Assembly (NCBI RefSeq): GCF_000702605.1
Contig: NZ_JNIR01000003.1
Span: 51,523 to 75,522 of the forward strand
From: Exiguobacterium acetylicum DSM 20416
GTDB lineage: Bacteria > Bacillota > Bacilli > Exiguobacteriales > Exiguobacteriaceae
Reading direction: 5' to 3'
Length of the DNA: 24,000 nucleotides
Position 1 is the stretch's first letter; each line of letters starts with the position of its first letter. Positions 15,778 to 23,927 of this stretch are shown in pieces. A program made the position numbers and the translations under genes. The notes beneath the pieces were generated by a model that was given only the letters and a program-made list of their open reading frames with translations, did no database searches and was not told the DNA's origin.

Positions 15778-16047
15778 ATGTTAAAGAACCTTTATTCTAC
15801 ATTTCTTTTTTTGCTTCTTAAATCACTTCTTACAGCGATTACAGCATCAGCTATTTTAACAGTAATTATATCTTTAGTTCCAGAACCAGAAAATGATTTT
15901 TATTCCATAGTAGTTGATACATTTTTTCTATATATAGTTTACTCTTTCCCATTAATCTTTATTGCCGGTTTTATAGCTGATGTATTAATAAAAAGAATTC
16001 TTAATTTGTTTTTATCAACTGATAAATTCATTTTTTTAAATTTTTAA
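15778..16047 (+). CDS. small polytopic membrane protein, first part of a split gene that continues to 16214 in the -1 frame
   Basis: An AAAGAGGAG RBS precedes an 89-aa product with two long hydrophobic segments. A second open frame (16026-16214) encodes two more TM-like segments (IYIVYALLLSFVLLMIF and FLTVGSTACIFYLMSTLIY). Confidence 0.6.
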   Translation: MLKNLYSTFLFLLLKSLLTAITASAILTVIISLVPEPENDFYSIVVDTFFLYIVYSFPLIFIAGFIADVLIKRILNLFLSTDKFIFLNF

Positions 16048-16608
16048 TATACATAGTTTATGCTCTCCTATTAAGTTTTGTCCTTTTGATGATTTTCAAT
16101 GACGATGATTCATTTAATTTCTTGCTTTTTTTAAAATCATTTTTAACAGTCGGATCTACCGCTTGTATATTTTATCTAATGTCTACTTTAATTTATCGTT
16201 TTAAAAAATTATAAAAAACAAATCTCTTTATTAGAAATTTAACGTAATAAATACCTTATTTAAATTTTTTGAAGCTTTGTGTCCTTTCCCTTACATGTTT
16301 TTCTTGCAAAATCTCTATCCATAAACGATTAATTAACAAAGCGAATACCTATGACATCTTTTTTTATTCAAAAAGCATCATTTGGTATAAAATTTAAAAT
16401 ATATGGCTTTTATTGATTTTTTTATATTTAGATTTAATAAATTTATAAAATCCTAAGAGGTTGTCATGACAACCTGAGCTAACCTAAAATTTTGAGACAA
16501 TATAAAAATCTTCGGAGGGGTACACTTTTAATAAACTTAGCCTTAGAGTTTGGATAGTTTAATAAAAGTACTCTTAACGTTTTAAGCTGCTATGAGATGG
16601 CTTCGGTA

Positions 16609-17421
16609 TTATACCGGAGCCATCTTTTGTAGTCTCCATTGTCTTCGTTCACTATTGTAATAATCAATGTAAACATCGACCATGGTACAGACCTCATCGA
16701 GGTCAGATGCTAATTTATAATCGACATAATCTTTCAAGTGCCTAAAGAACGATTCCATCGGGGCATTATCCAGACAGTTTCCTCTACGAGACATGGATTG
16801 AAGCATTCCCATCTCACGGATGCGTGTTTGATAAGCAGGATGCGTATAATGGAATCCTTGATCGGAATGTATCATGGCTTCCGGGTGTACATTCCCTTGA
16901 AGTCGTTCTGCGAGTTTATTCGCTGTATGAAAGACGAGTTCCATATGGAGGCTTTTAGATACATGATGTGCCATAATTTCACGTGTGGCGATATCCTTCA
17001 CACAAGAAAGATAAACCGTTTGGCCAGATCCAATACGGAGATAAGTGATGTCTGTGACGAATACTTTACCAGGCTCCTGCTGATCGAACCGACGGTTCAA
17101 GTGATTTGGTACCGTCTTATGTTCATATGTCGCTTTAGCGATTTTACGGTAGGCGTTCTGTCTACGGATTTTCGTCACGATTCCAAACTTCCTCATGATA
17201 CGCAAAATACGTTTATGATTCATCGGCCCCCCGATAAGATCAAGCATCTCCATGTAAAGACCACGATAGCCGATTTTTCCCTTATGACGATCATGAACAT
17301 ATTTCAGAAGGAGGTAGTCCGCATAGTCGCGTTCTTCCCGAAGGGACACACTATCTGTACGTGCGAGCCAGGCGTAATAACCGCTGCGGCTCACTTCAGC
17401 GAGCATACATAGCTCCGTCAC
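16609..17421 (-). CDS. IS3-family transposase OrfB (DDE/rve integrase core)
   Basis: 270 aa with a DDE-type catalytic core (VFVTDITY...HSDQGFHYT...DNAPMESFF). This frame is open upstream to the slip site at 17529 and would be expressed as an OrfAB fusion. Confidence 0.9.
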   Translation of the reverse strand: MTELCMLAEVSRSGYYAWLARTDSVSLREERDYADYLLLKYVHDRHKGKIGYRGLYMEMLDLIGGPMNHKRILRIMRKFGIVTKIRRQNAYRKIAKATYEHKTVPNHLNRRFDQQEPGKVFVTDITYLRIGSGQTVYLSCVKDIATREIMAHHVSKSLHMELVFHTANKLAERLQGNVHPEAMIHSDQGFHYTHPAYQTRIREMGMLQSMSRRGNCLDNAPMESFFRHLKDYVDYKLASDLDEVCTMVDVYIDYYNSERRQWRLQKMAPV

Positions 17422-17483
17422 GAACCGACTCGACGATTGTTTTCGTAAGACAATATTGATTGCCTGATAGCGTTCAGATGCCG

Positions 17484-17909
17484 TTAGTTTCGGTACTTCG
17501 CCTCTCTTTCGAGAGCTTCTAACTTTTTTAGTAATTCATTCTCCGCTGTGAGGTACTTGATTCGTGCTTCAGCTCTCGCAAGTCGTCGTTCGACGGAATC
17601 ATCTTTTTTCGGTCGACCTCCAAGATTAGATTTTCCACGTCTCTCATTCAAGAGTCCTTCTTCTCCATAAATGCGATATGTCTTCCGCCACCGTTTCAAC
17701 GCTTCGTTCGGCGTTTGCTTACCGATCATGTCCAGGTCAAAGCCACTTTCCTCAAAGATTTGTATCGGTCGCTTACCAGCTAAATTCTCACGTACAGCGT
17801 GAATCTTAAATTCTCCATTGTATTGAATCGTACGATCTGATACAGAGGCTACGTGAAGATTCGCTTCAAGTTGTCTGATTTGATCTGGATTGAAGGTGCG
17901 TCTGTTCAT
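17484..17909 (-). CDS. IS3-family transposase OrfA (HTH + leucine-zipper-like C-terminus)
   Basis: 141 aa. The C-terminal coiled-coil segment is RLARAEARIKYLTAENELLKKLEALE. It contains the slip site in its last 20 codons. Confidence 0.9.
   Translation of the reverse strand: MNRRTFNPDQIRQLEANLHVASVSDRTIQYNGEFKIHAVRENLAGKRPIQIFEESGFDLDMIGKQTPNEALKRWRKTYRIYGEEGLLNERRGKSNLGGRPKKDDSVERRLARAEARIKYLTAENELLKKLEALEREAKYRN
17523..17529 (-). promoter_or_regulatory. programmed -1 ribosomal frameshift heptamer A AAA AAG of the IS3 transposase
   Basis: The minus strand reads CTA AAA AAG TTA in the orfA frame. The -1 frame from here reads KKVRSSRKRGEVPKLTASERYQAINIV...FVTELCMLAEV, which runs directly into OrfB. 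Confidence 0.75.
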
Positions 17910-18425
17910 GAATAGTTCTCCCGTCTAAATTGAATAGGTACAGTATATCGATATCTTTAAACACAAAAAACCCCGAATGGAGTCTTTTCAGATTGTAGAC
18001 AAATAGTGAAGAAAAAATGATCTACCACGATTACTTGGGTAAATCATTTTTCATTCATTAACGACTACGTTCATCTAGGCATTTAATATTTTTTATTATC
18101 CTGAATTTTGTTTATCTACTCTCATCACACAAAGGTACCTTATTATTTTCTAACACTATATCGCCCTGATCACCCATGCTACAGATAAAAATTTAACCTT
18201 ACACAAAAAATCATTTCCCATGTTCATCAATTTCTCTCTACTAAAAAAATGGAAAGTTCAGTACATTTAACTAAGACCTTTATAGTTCTATAGTATTAAT
18301 TGAATAGATCGGCTTAAACTAAAAGCATCGGGCTATGTAATTGATTCAAGAAGTATATATGACTAATTCCTTATATATCGACTAAATCCCCTCTCGTGGA
18401 AGTAAGCAAGGAGTAGATTGTACGA

Positions 18426-19658
18426 ATGATTGGTCAAAAAATTAAGGAGGCTCGTCTTGAAATGGGACTATCCCAACGCCAATTGGCAGGCGACGATATT
18501 TCAAGAGCCTATATCAGTATCCTTGAAAAAGGAGCTGCTACACCATCCGATAAAGTACTTCATGTTATTGCGACTCGTCTTGGAAAACCAGTAGATTTCT
18601 TTTTAGGTAGCGTAGATGAAGAAATGCAAGAAGTCGCCTATGCCTTGTTGGAACGAGCACGACATCAGATGAACAGCGAACAATATGACTTGGCAAAAGG
18701 ACTACTTGATCGAGTTCATGCAGCCACACAAAATGAACAGGTATTGCTCGATTCTTATGATTTATACATCGATATTTTACTCATCCAAGAAGATTTTTCA
18801 ACCTGTAATGAGTTTGGAGTGTCTGTCGAACATGCTTTTAAAACGTGTGAAGATAAAGCGCGTGTCATCTCTTACTACATGCGATTGGGAAAGGCAAATT
18901 TTAAAAATGAGAATTATCCTCTCGCCCATCATCATTATCTTCAAGCCATCCATCATAGTACTTCATTAAAGCGTTTATATGAGGAGCGTATCCAGTGCTT
19001 CATCTATCTTGGAACCATCAATGTCCGACTAGGAAAATACCAGGATGCAAAAACGTATTATGAAACAGCTTTAAGCGAAGCTTCTCTCACTTCTCATTAT
19101 GCAAGTATCGCTGATGCTCATTTGGGTCTTGGACGTGTCTATCACCTTAGTGCCGATAACGTATCGGCAATCCTCCATACTCAAAAGGCAGTTGAATATT
19201 ATGGTCAAGCAGGTGATGAAGATTATGCTACCTATGCAAAGAACAATTTGATTGTAATGAAGAATGAAAACCTAAAAGAAATCATCATCGAACTTCAAAA
19301 GTACCTTGAAACTTATGAACGTCAACAAAACGTTATGAAACAAGCAAATATTTTAGAAGAATTAACTACACTTATGCTTCAACTTCATCGATTTGATGAA
19401 GCAAAAGTGTATTGTCTGAAAGGTCTTCGCTTATTAGATCAACAAGAAAATGCTTTATTGGCTGCTAAATTTTATCGTGCAGCCGGTGTTATTCATCATG
19501 CATATGATGAAGTTGATTATGCCTATTTAATGTTACGATCTAGTCGCGATCTCTTTGTTCGTCTCGCTTCGCAAACTGAAGTTGATATCACACGTCAACT
19601 CTTACAATTTGTTGATCAAGAGAACCTTGTAGACCGGTACGTCGCATTAATTCGATAA
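18426..19658 (+). CDS. XRE-type HTH + TPR regulator, RNPP/NprR-like architecture
   Basis: 410 aa. The N-terminal Cro/C1 HTH is IGQKIKEARLEMGLSQRQLAGDDISRAYISILEKG. The rest consists of repeated TPR-like helix pairs (YYMRLGKANFKNENYPLAHHHYLQAI, LGTINVRLGKYQDAKTYYETAL, LGLGRVYHLSADNVSAILHTQKAVEYY). Confidence 0.8.
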   Translation: MIGQKIKEARLEMGLSQRQLAGDDISRAYISILEKGAATPSDKVLHVIATRLGKPVDFFLGSVDEEMQEVAYALLERARHQMNSEQYDLAKGLLDRVHAATQNEQVLLDSYDLYIDILLIQEDFSTCNEFGVSVEHAFKTCEDKARVISYYMRLGKANFKNENYPLAHHHYLQAIHHSTSLKRLYEERIQCFIYLGTINVRLGKYQDAKTYYETALSEASLTSHYASIADAHLGLGRVYHLSADNVSAILHTQKAVEYYGQAGDEDYATYAKNNLIVMKNENLKEIIIELQKYLETYERQQNVMKQANILEELTTLMLQLHRFDEAKVYCLKGLRLLDQQENALLAAKFYRAAGVIHHAYDEVDYAYLMLRSSRDLFVRLASQTEVDITRQLLQFVDQENLVDRYVALIR

Positions 19659-19670
19659 AGGTTTTGAGTC

Positions 19671-19720
19671 AAATACCCCACTTCATCACATGTGTTACAT
19701 CATGGTGAAGTGGGGTATTT
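19671..19720. terminator. bidirectional terminator between the convergent regulator and MFS genes
   Basis: AAATACCCCACTTCA (19671-19685) pairs perfectly with TGAAGTGGGGTATTT (19706-19720). The sequence beyond the hairpin is T-rich on both strands. Confidence 0.7.
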
Positions 19721-20971
19721 TAATGACCAATTTCTAGTTGCTCCTCTTCTATCAATTCTTCTTTCATTGTGAGGTGACGATATGCGAGGACGGTTCCAGT
19801 AATCCCTAGACTAATGATGAGAAAAATGGAATCTCCGATAAGTGCATATAACGCATCGAACACAAAATTTCCAACTGGAATAAATAGAATGGCGATTGTG
19901 AAGATAATGCTGAATACTCGTCCAATATACTCCGGTGCTGTGTGTTGTTGAATGTAGGAAACAAACTGAATATTAAACAGTGCAAGACCTATACCGTAGC
20001 AAGCAGTTCCCATCAACATGATCAATGGATTTAGATGTAGTGTTACAATCAAAAAAGTTAACAAAATACCTATAGCCGGTATGAGCAAGTAATTGCCAAT
20101 CGAATGTGCAGAAAGACCTATCTTTAATCGTTGGCATAGAATTGCTCCTAAGATTCCACCAATCGCTTGTGCTGTTAATAGCCACCCGTACAGATTTTCA
20201 AGAAAGACATATTGTTTCGCAACGAACGGTAGCAACAACAGATAACCTGCAATAAAAAAATTAGCACCCGAGGCAAGAAGAAGGATCGCAAAGATCCGCT
20301 TCTCACGTCGTACATATTTCCATCCTTCTACAAGCTCTTGCTTAAACTCTTCGATCGCTCCATCAAAAGTTGCCTTCTGATCAGCCCCTTCGTTCTCTTC
20401 AATAGGGGATCCTTCTATCGCAAAGAAGCTCTGTAATGCTGCTGAGAGGAAAAATGAAATTGCGTTAATTAAGAAAGCGAGCTGAATACCACCGACACCG
20501 ATCAACAATACACCCAGTGCCGGTCCAGCAATTTTTACAACTTCTCCTAATCCGTTAAATAATGCATTAGCCGATGGAATTTCCTTCTTCTCAAACAATT
20601 GGACGACGATGGCTTTTGAAGTTGGTGCATAGATTGAATACGTGACGGCAAGCATCGTATTTACAATCAATAATAGAACCAGCCCCGATGATCCTCCCGC
20701 AAAAAAAATATAACGCAAGTGCACCGATACCACTGATAATGTCTGTTCCAATTAACAGCTTCCTTCGATCGTAGCGGTCGGCGAAAACTCCACCGATCAT
20801 ATTGAATAAACTACTGACCAGCGTCTCAATGGAAAGGACGACTGCGAGAAACGTCGCACTTGTACTGATACTCGCTATCCACCATTTGATCGCATACTCA
20901 AAAATGACATCGCCTAGATGAGTTGATGAAGAGGCTGTCGCCATTAGCCATTTATTTCGATTTGTTTTCAT
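19720..20971 (-). pseudogene. MFS transporter (EntS/DHA3-like exporter) split by a 1-nt frameshift in a T8 run
   Basis: ORF 20591-20971 encodes the N-terminus (...FADRYDRRKLLIGTDIISGIGALALYFF). ORF 19720-20751 encodes the rest (FFAGGSSGLVLLLIVN...). The two join if one base is removed from the run at 20701-20708, giving about 416 aa with about 12 TM segments. Confidence 0.8.
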
Positions 20972-23927
20972 GATGAATTACACCACCTAGTCTAGTAATG
21001 AATTCTTCCGATAAAATAGGTTGGCTGAGTGGTACGATGATCAATTGCTTTCCTGTATAGAAGATGGATGCATAGAGTTTATGAGTCGAGAAATTCTGAA
21101 GGATAGCGTGAGAAGCTTTGAGTTCCTCTAGCATTGCCGGAATTTCTTGTTCTCGAATCGCACCAAGAAAGCTCGAGCTAACTTTCAAATTATCATCCAG
21201 ATCGTGTTCAAACGTACGATGCATGTCTTGGACACGTGGATAATCACGATACAAGAGATGATTAAAATTGATTCCAGACTCGAACTGTTTATACCAGCCG
21301 TCAAACTTCTCGTTGAAAGTCTCAAATGATTCTCCGCGCTCAAGGCAAAGCGGAATGGTAGTATGGACATCTCCAACGACTCCCTTAATGTCGAGACCGT
21401 CAAATGATCGTAAGTCAACAATAGTCGATCCGCTCATCTGTTGTCGTGATTGTCCAGCTGCTAAAGCACCTAAGATGATGTAATTGGCATAAGCGATGTA
21501 TTCTTCTGGTGTGTCTCGCTTAAGCTGGAACGATAGGTAGCGGACCGGTCGACCTTCATTGACGTCAAACACGTCACTTGTGACATCGGAGAATCCAGCA
21601 CGACTCACTTGCTCGATTTCTAATTCTGCTCGATTTCTATTTGCATCGATGTAGTGAATGTAATCCCAGTAATCGATAGTTAGAGGAAGCAGTGTCTTGC
21701 CTTGAAGCAACGCGGAAAGATCTTGCTTTAAGATGTTCATCGATGCCTGGTCCGCGATATGATGATTGATGAACAATTCGACACGATTCGTAGATACATC
21801 ATGAACGAAATATGCCATTAGGTTTTCTAAGTAGTGTTGTTTCATACGGTCTATCCAGTTCTGCCGTTGCTCCTCAGTAACTCTTGGAACAGATAACAGA
21901 CGGAATGACGCCGTTTCTTCATGTACGGAAAATTGTAGACGATCCTCTTGTACCGTTAAAAAGCTTCGTAACATGGGATGACGTGCAATTAAAGTATTAA
22001 TTGATTCCTGCAATTGTGTACGATCGCATCTTTCAGGTATCGAGACGACTTCGTGCAGCACCTGTCGGAACCCATCGACATGATAACTCTTTTGCAGATA
22101 AAATGTTTCTTTCAGTTCTGTTGTCGCTTGTTCGTATCGTGCTCGATTCGCCAACATGTTGTCTTCGACGATCCCATTCCAATAGGATTCATCTACTTCA
22201 ATGATGTTCTTCACCGGTTCTTCTTCTCGCGACAATTGTGTCTGAACTTGACGAAGCGTCGGATACATCACTACAAAATCATCTACTAGCGTTACATTGA
22301 AGTGGTCCTCTAATAAGAGGAGAAGATCAAGCTGATCCAGCGAGTCTAAATGTAATTCATGGATGAGGTTCATATCAGGTGTGACAGGACGACCGTAGTG
22401 GTCCGAAATACGCGCTACAAGTTGATCTATCTCTTGATTTGATTGCTTCTCAATGAGATTTCCTAACTCCTTCGTCTCAATGAATGACTCGAGATAACGA
22501 CGATCTAGTTTTCGGTTAGCCGTTATTTTGAATTCTGGTACGGTTACGTACATGCTCGGAATCATATACGATGGAATTCGTTTCTTCAATTCTTCTTTTA
22601 ATATTTGCGTATCTTCTACCGTGAATGCATGTGTATCACTAAAGACGACGAGTCGATTTGCTAAATATAATGTTTCAAAGGTATCTGTCGGATGAATCGA
22701 ATGAAGTGCCGCGTTGATTTCTCCAAGCTCGACTCGAATTCCGTTCACCTGCACTTGATCATCTTGTCTTCCTTCGTAAAAGATGATGTCGTTTTCATCC
22801 TTACGTCCATGATCTCCTGTCGCGTAATAGCGTGCGCCATCGATGGTCAAGAATTTTTCTTCGGTCAATGATGGATTTCCCAAATAACCACGACTCACGC
22901 CGTTTCCTCCAATTAATATCTCCCCAGTAGTATCGTTCAATTGTCCTTGTTCATCACGAAATACAATAGAAGCACCATCAAGCACTTTTCCAATTGGTAT
23001 CTCATCATTTGTCCCTTTATCAATCTTTAAACAAGTTGCGTAAACGGTTGTTTCCGTCGGTCCATAAAGATTATAGACATCGACATTTGGAAAATGTGTA
23101 TGCAATTTTTGGACGAGTGGTACACCGAGCGCTTCTCCCGCTAATAGTACTTTACGTAAAGTAGACAGCTTTATGCGTTCATTTTCACGGTTCAAGATTT
23201 GCGTACAAGCAGATGGTGACAAAGCGATATGCGTCACGTCATAACGGTTAACGAAGTTTGGCAACTCCTTAATCTTTTGGATATTCGAATAGGCCGGGAA
23301 ACAAACGACTCGTCCCTGTCCGTACAGGAATGCCAACATTTCATGGAGGACTACATCGAATGCAGGTGGCGTCGAGACGAGAAAACGATCGTTCTCCCCA
23401 AAAGGGATGATCTGTTCTAACGTACGCAGTAACCAATCCAAATTGGTGTGTGTTACTTCTACTTTTTTCGGTTCGCCAGTGCTACCGGACGTCATTAGAA
23501 TATATGCAACATCTGTTCCCGTCACGTTAACATCATGTTCCATTCGTTCTTTAGAAAAAATGACTTGCGGCATATCATATTCTTCTGGTAGTCCGTCCGT
23601 CCAGATCGACTCACAGTGAAGCGTGGACATGAGTTGACGGATTTTCGGTGCAGGAGTCTGTGGATTCAACGGAACATATACTTTCCCTGCTTTCCAACAT
23701 GCCAGCATACTGAATATCGATTGAATGTTATCGGTCGTGTAGACCGGGATATACTGTTGCGTCATAAATGATTTCTCAAGTTGACGTGCCATCGCATTAG
23801 AACGTACTCGGATATCTTCCAAAGTATATGTTGCGCCTTCTGTCAATAATACTTCCTTCATTGGAGTTTGTTTTGTGATCTTAGTTAATGTTTCCAATAG
23901 GGGTGATCGGAGTGAAGTGATTGTCAT
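20952..23927 (-). CDS. single-module nonribosomal peptide synthetase, A-T-C domain order
   Basis: Adenylation cores: LMTSGSTGEPKK (A3), AFDVV (A4), NLYGPTETT (A5), GEILIGGNGVSRGY (A6), YATGDHG (A7), GRQDDQVQVNGIRVELGEI (A8), IPSYMIP (A9), ANRKLDRR (A10). The carrier motif is LHLDSL. The C-terminal condensation domain has HHIADQ (an HHxxxD variant). I prefer the ATG at 23927 with an AAGAGGA RBS; the ORF track starts at 23966. Confidence 0.9.
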   Translation of the reverse strand: MTITSLRSPLLETLTKITKQTPMKEVLLTEGATYTLEDIRVRSNAMARQLEKSFMTQQYIPVYTTDNIQSIFSMLACWKAGKVYVPLNPQTPAPKIRQLMSTLHCESIWTDGLPEEYDMPQVIFSKERMEHDVNVTGTDVAYILMTSGSTGEPKKVEVTHTNLDWLLRTLEQIIPFGENDRFLVSTPPAFDVVLHEMLAFLYGQGRVVCFPAYSNIQKIKELPNFVNRYDVTHIALSPSACTQILNRENERIKLSTLRKVLLAGEALGVPLVQKLHTHFPNVDVYNLYGPTETTVYATCLKIDKGTNDEIPIGKVLDGASIVFRDEQGQLNDTTGEILIGGNGVSRGYLGNPSLTEEKFLTIDGARYYATGDHGRKDENDIIFYEGRQDDQVQVNGIRVELGEINAALHSIHPTDTFETLYLANRLVVFSDTHAFTVEDTQILKEELKKRIPSYMIPSMYVTVPEFKITANRKLDRRYLESFIETKELGNLIEKQSNQEIDQLVARISDHYGRPVTPDMNLIHELHLDSLDQLDLLLLLEDHFNVTLVDDFVVMYPTLRQVQTQLSREEEPVKNIIEVDESYWNGIVEDNMLANRARYEQATTELKETFYLQKSYHVDGFRQVLHEVVSIPERCDRTQLQESINTLIARHPMLRSFLTVQEDRLQFSVHEETASFRLLSVPRVTEEQRQNWIDRMKQHYLENLMAYFVHDVSTNRVELFINHHIADQASMNILKQDLSALLQGKTLLPLTIDYWDYIHYIDANRNRAELEIEQVSRAGFSDVTSDVFDVNEGRPVRYLSFQLKRDTPEEYIAYANYIILGALAAGQSRQQMSGSTIVDLRSFDGLDIKGVVGDVHTTIPLCLERGESFETFNEKFDGWYKQFESGINFNHLLYRDYPRVQDMHRTFEHDLDDNLKVSSSFLGAIREQEIPAMLEELKASHAILQNFSTHKLYASIFYTGKQLIIVPLSQPILSEEFITRLGGVIHHENKSK

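Larger units (their letters stand above)
16491..18001 (-). mobile_element. IS3-family insertion sequence (about 1.5 kb), boundaries approximate
   Basis: It has orfA plus orfB with an A AAA AAG slip site. The imperfect terminal repeats are TGAGACAATATAAAAATCTTCGGAGGGG (left, from 16493) and TGTCTACAATCTGAAAAGACTCCATTCGGGG (reverse complement from 18001). The TG...CA termini are typical of IS3. Confidence 0.75.

Noticed and set aside
16738-17412. 224-aa ORF antisense to the IS3 orfB
   Set aside because: It is fully embedded antisense in a transposase gene with clear DDE motifs and has no RBS.
16487-18004. AAAT (16487-16490 and 18001-18004) as the target-site duplication of the IS3 element
   Set aside because: It requires IS ends at 16491/18000 that do not start with the TG/CA expected for IS3 and align less well. 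A 4-bp match in AT-rich DNA is weak evidence. I left the duplication unresolved.
18017-18270. Mini-ORFs upstream of the HTH-TPR regulator as candidate signalling propeptides (18017-18061 MIYHDYLGKSFFIH; 18220-18270 MFINFSLLKKWKVQYI; a 23-codon minus-strand ORF MNMGNDFLCKVKFLSVAWVIRAI)
   Set aside because: None has a convincing RBS, a signal-peptide-like N-terminus or the 30-50-aa length usual for RNPP propeptides.
18685-18969. 94-aa ORF in an alternative frame inside the regulator gene
   Set aside because: It is internal to a well-supported ORF and its sequence is of low complexity.
19973-23619. Short ORFs overlapping the MFS and NRPS genes (19973-20185(-), 21147-21329(+), 21185-21421(-), 21268-21483(+), 22001-22289(+), 23229-23619(+))
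   Set aside because: All are nested in or antisense to genes with clear domain motifs and have no independent support.
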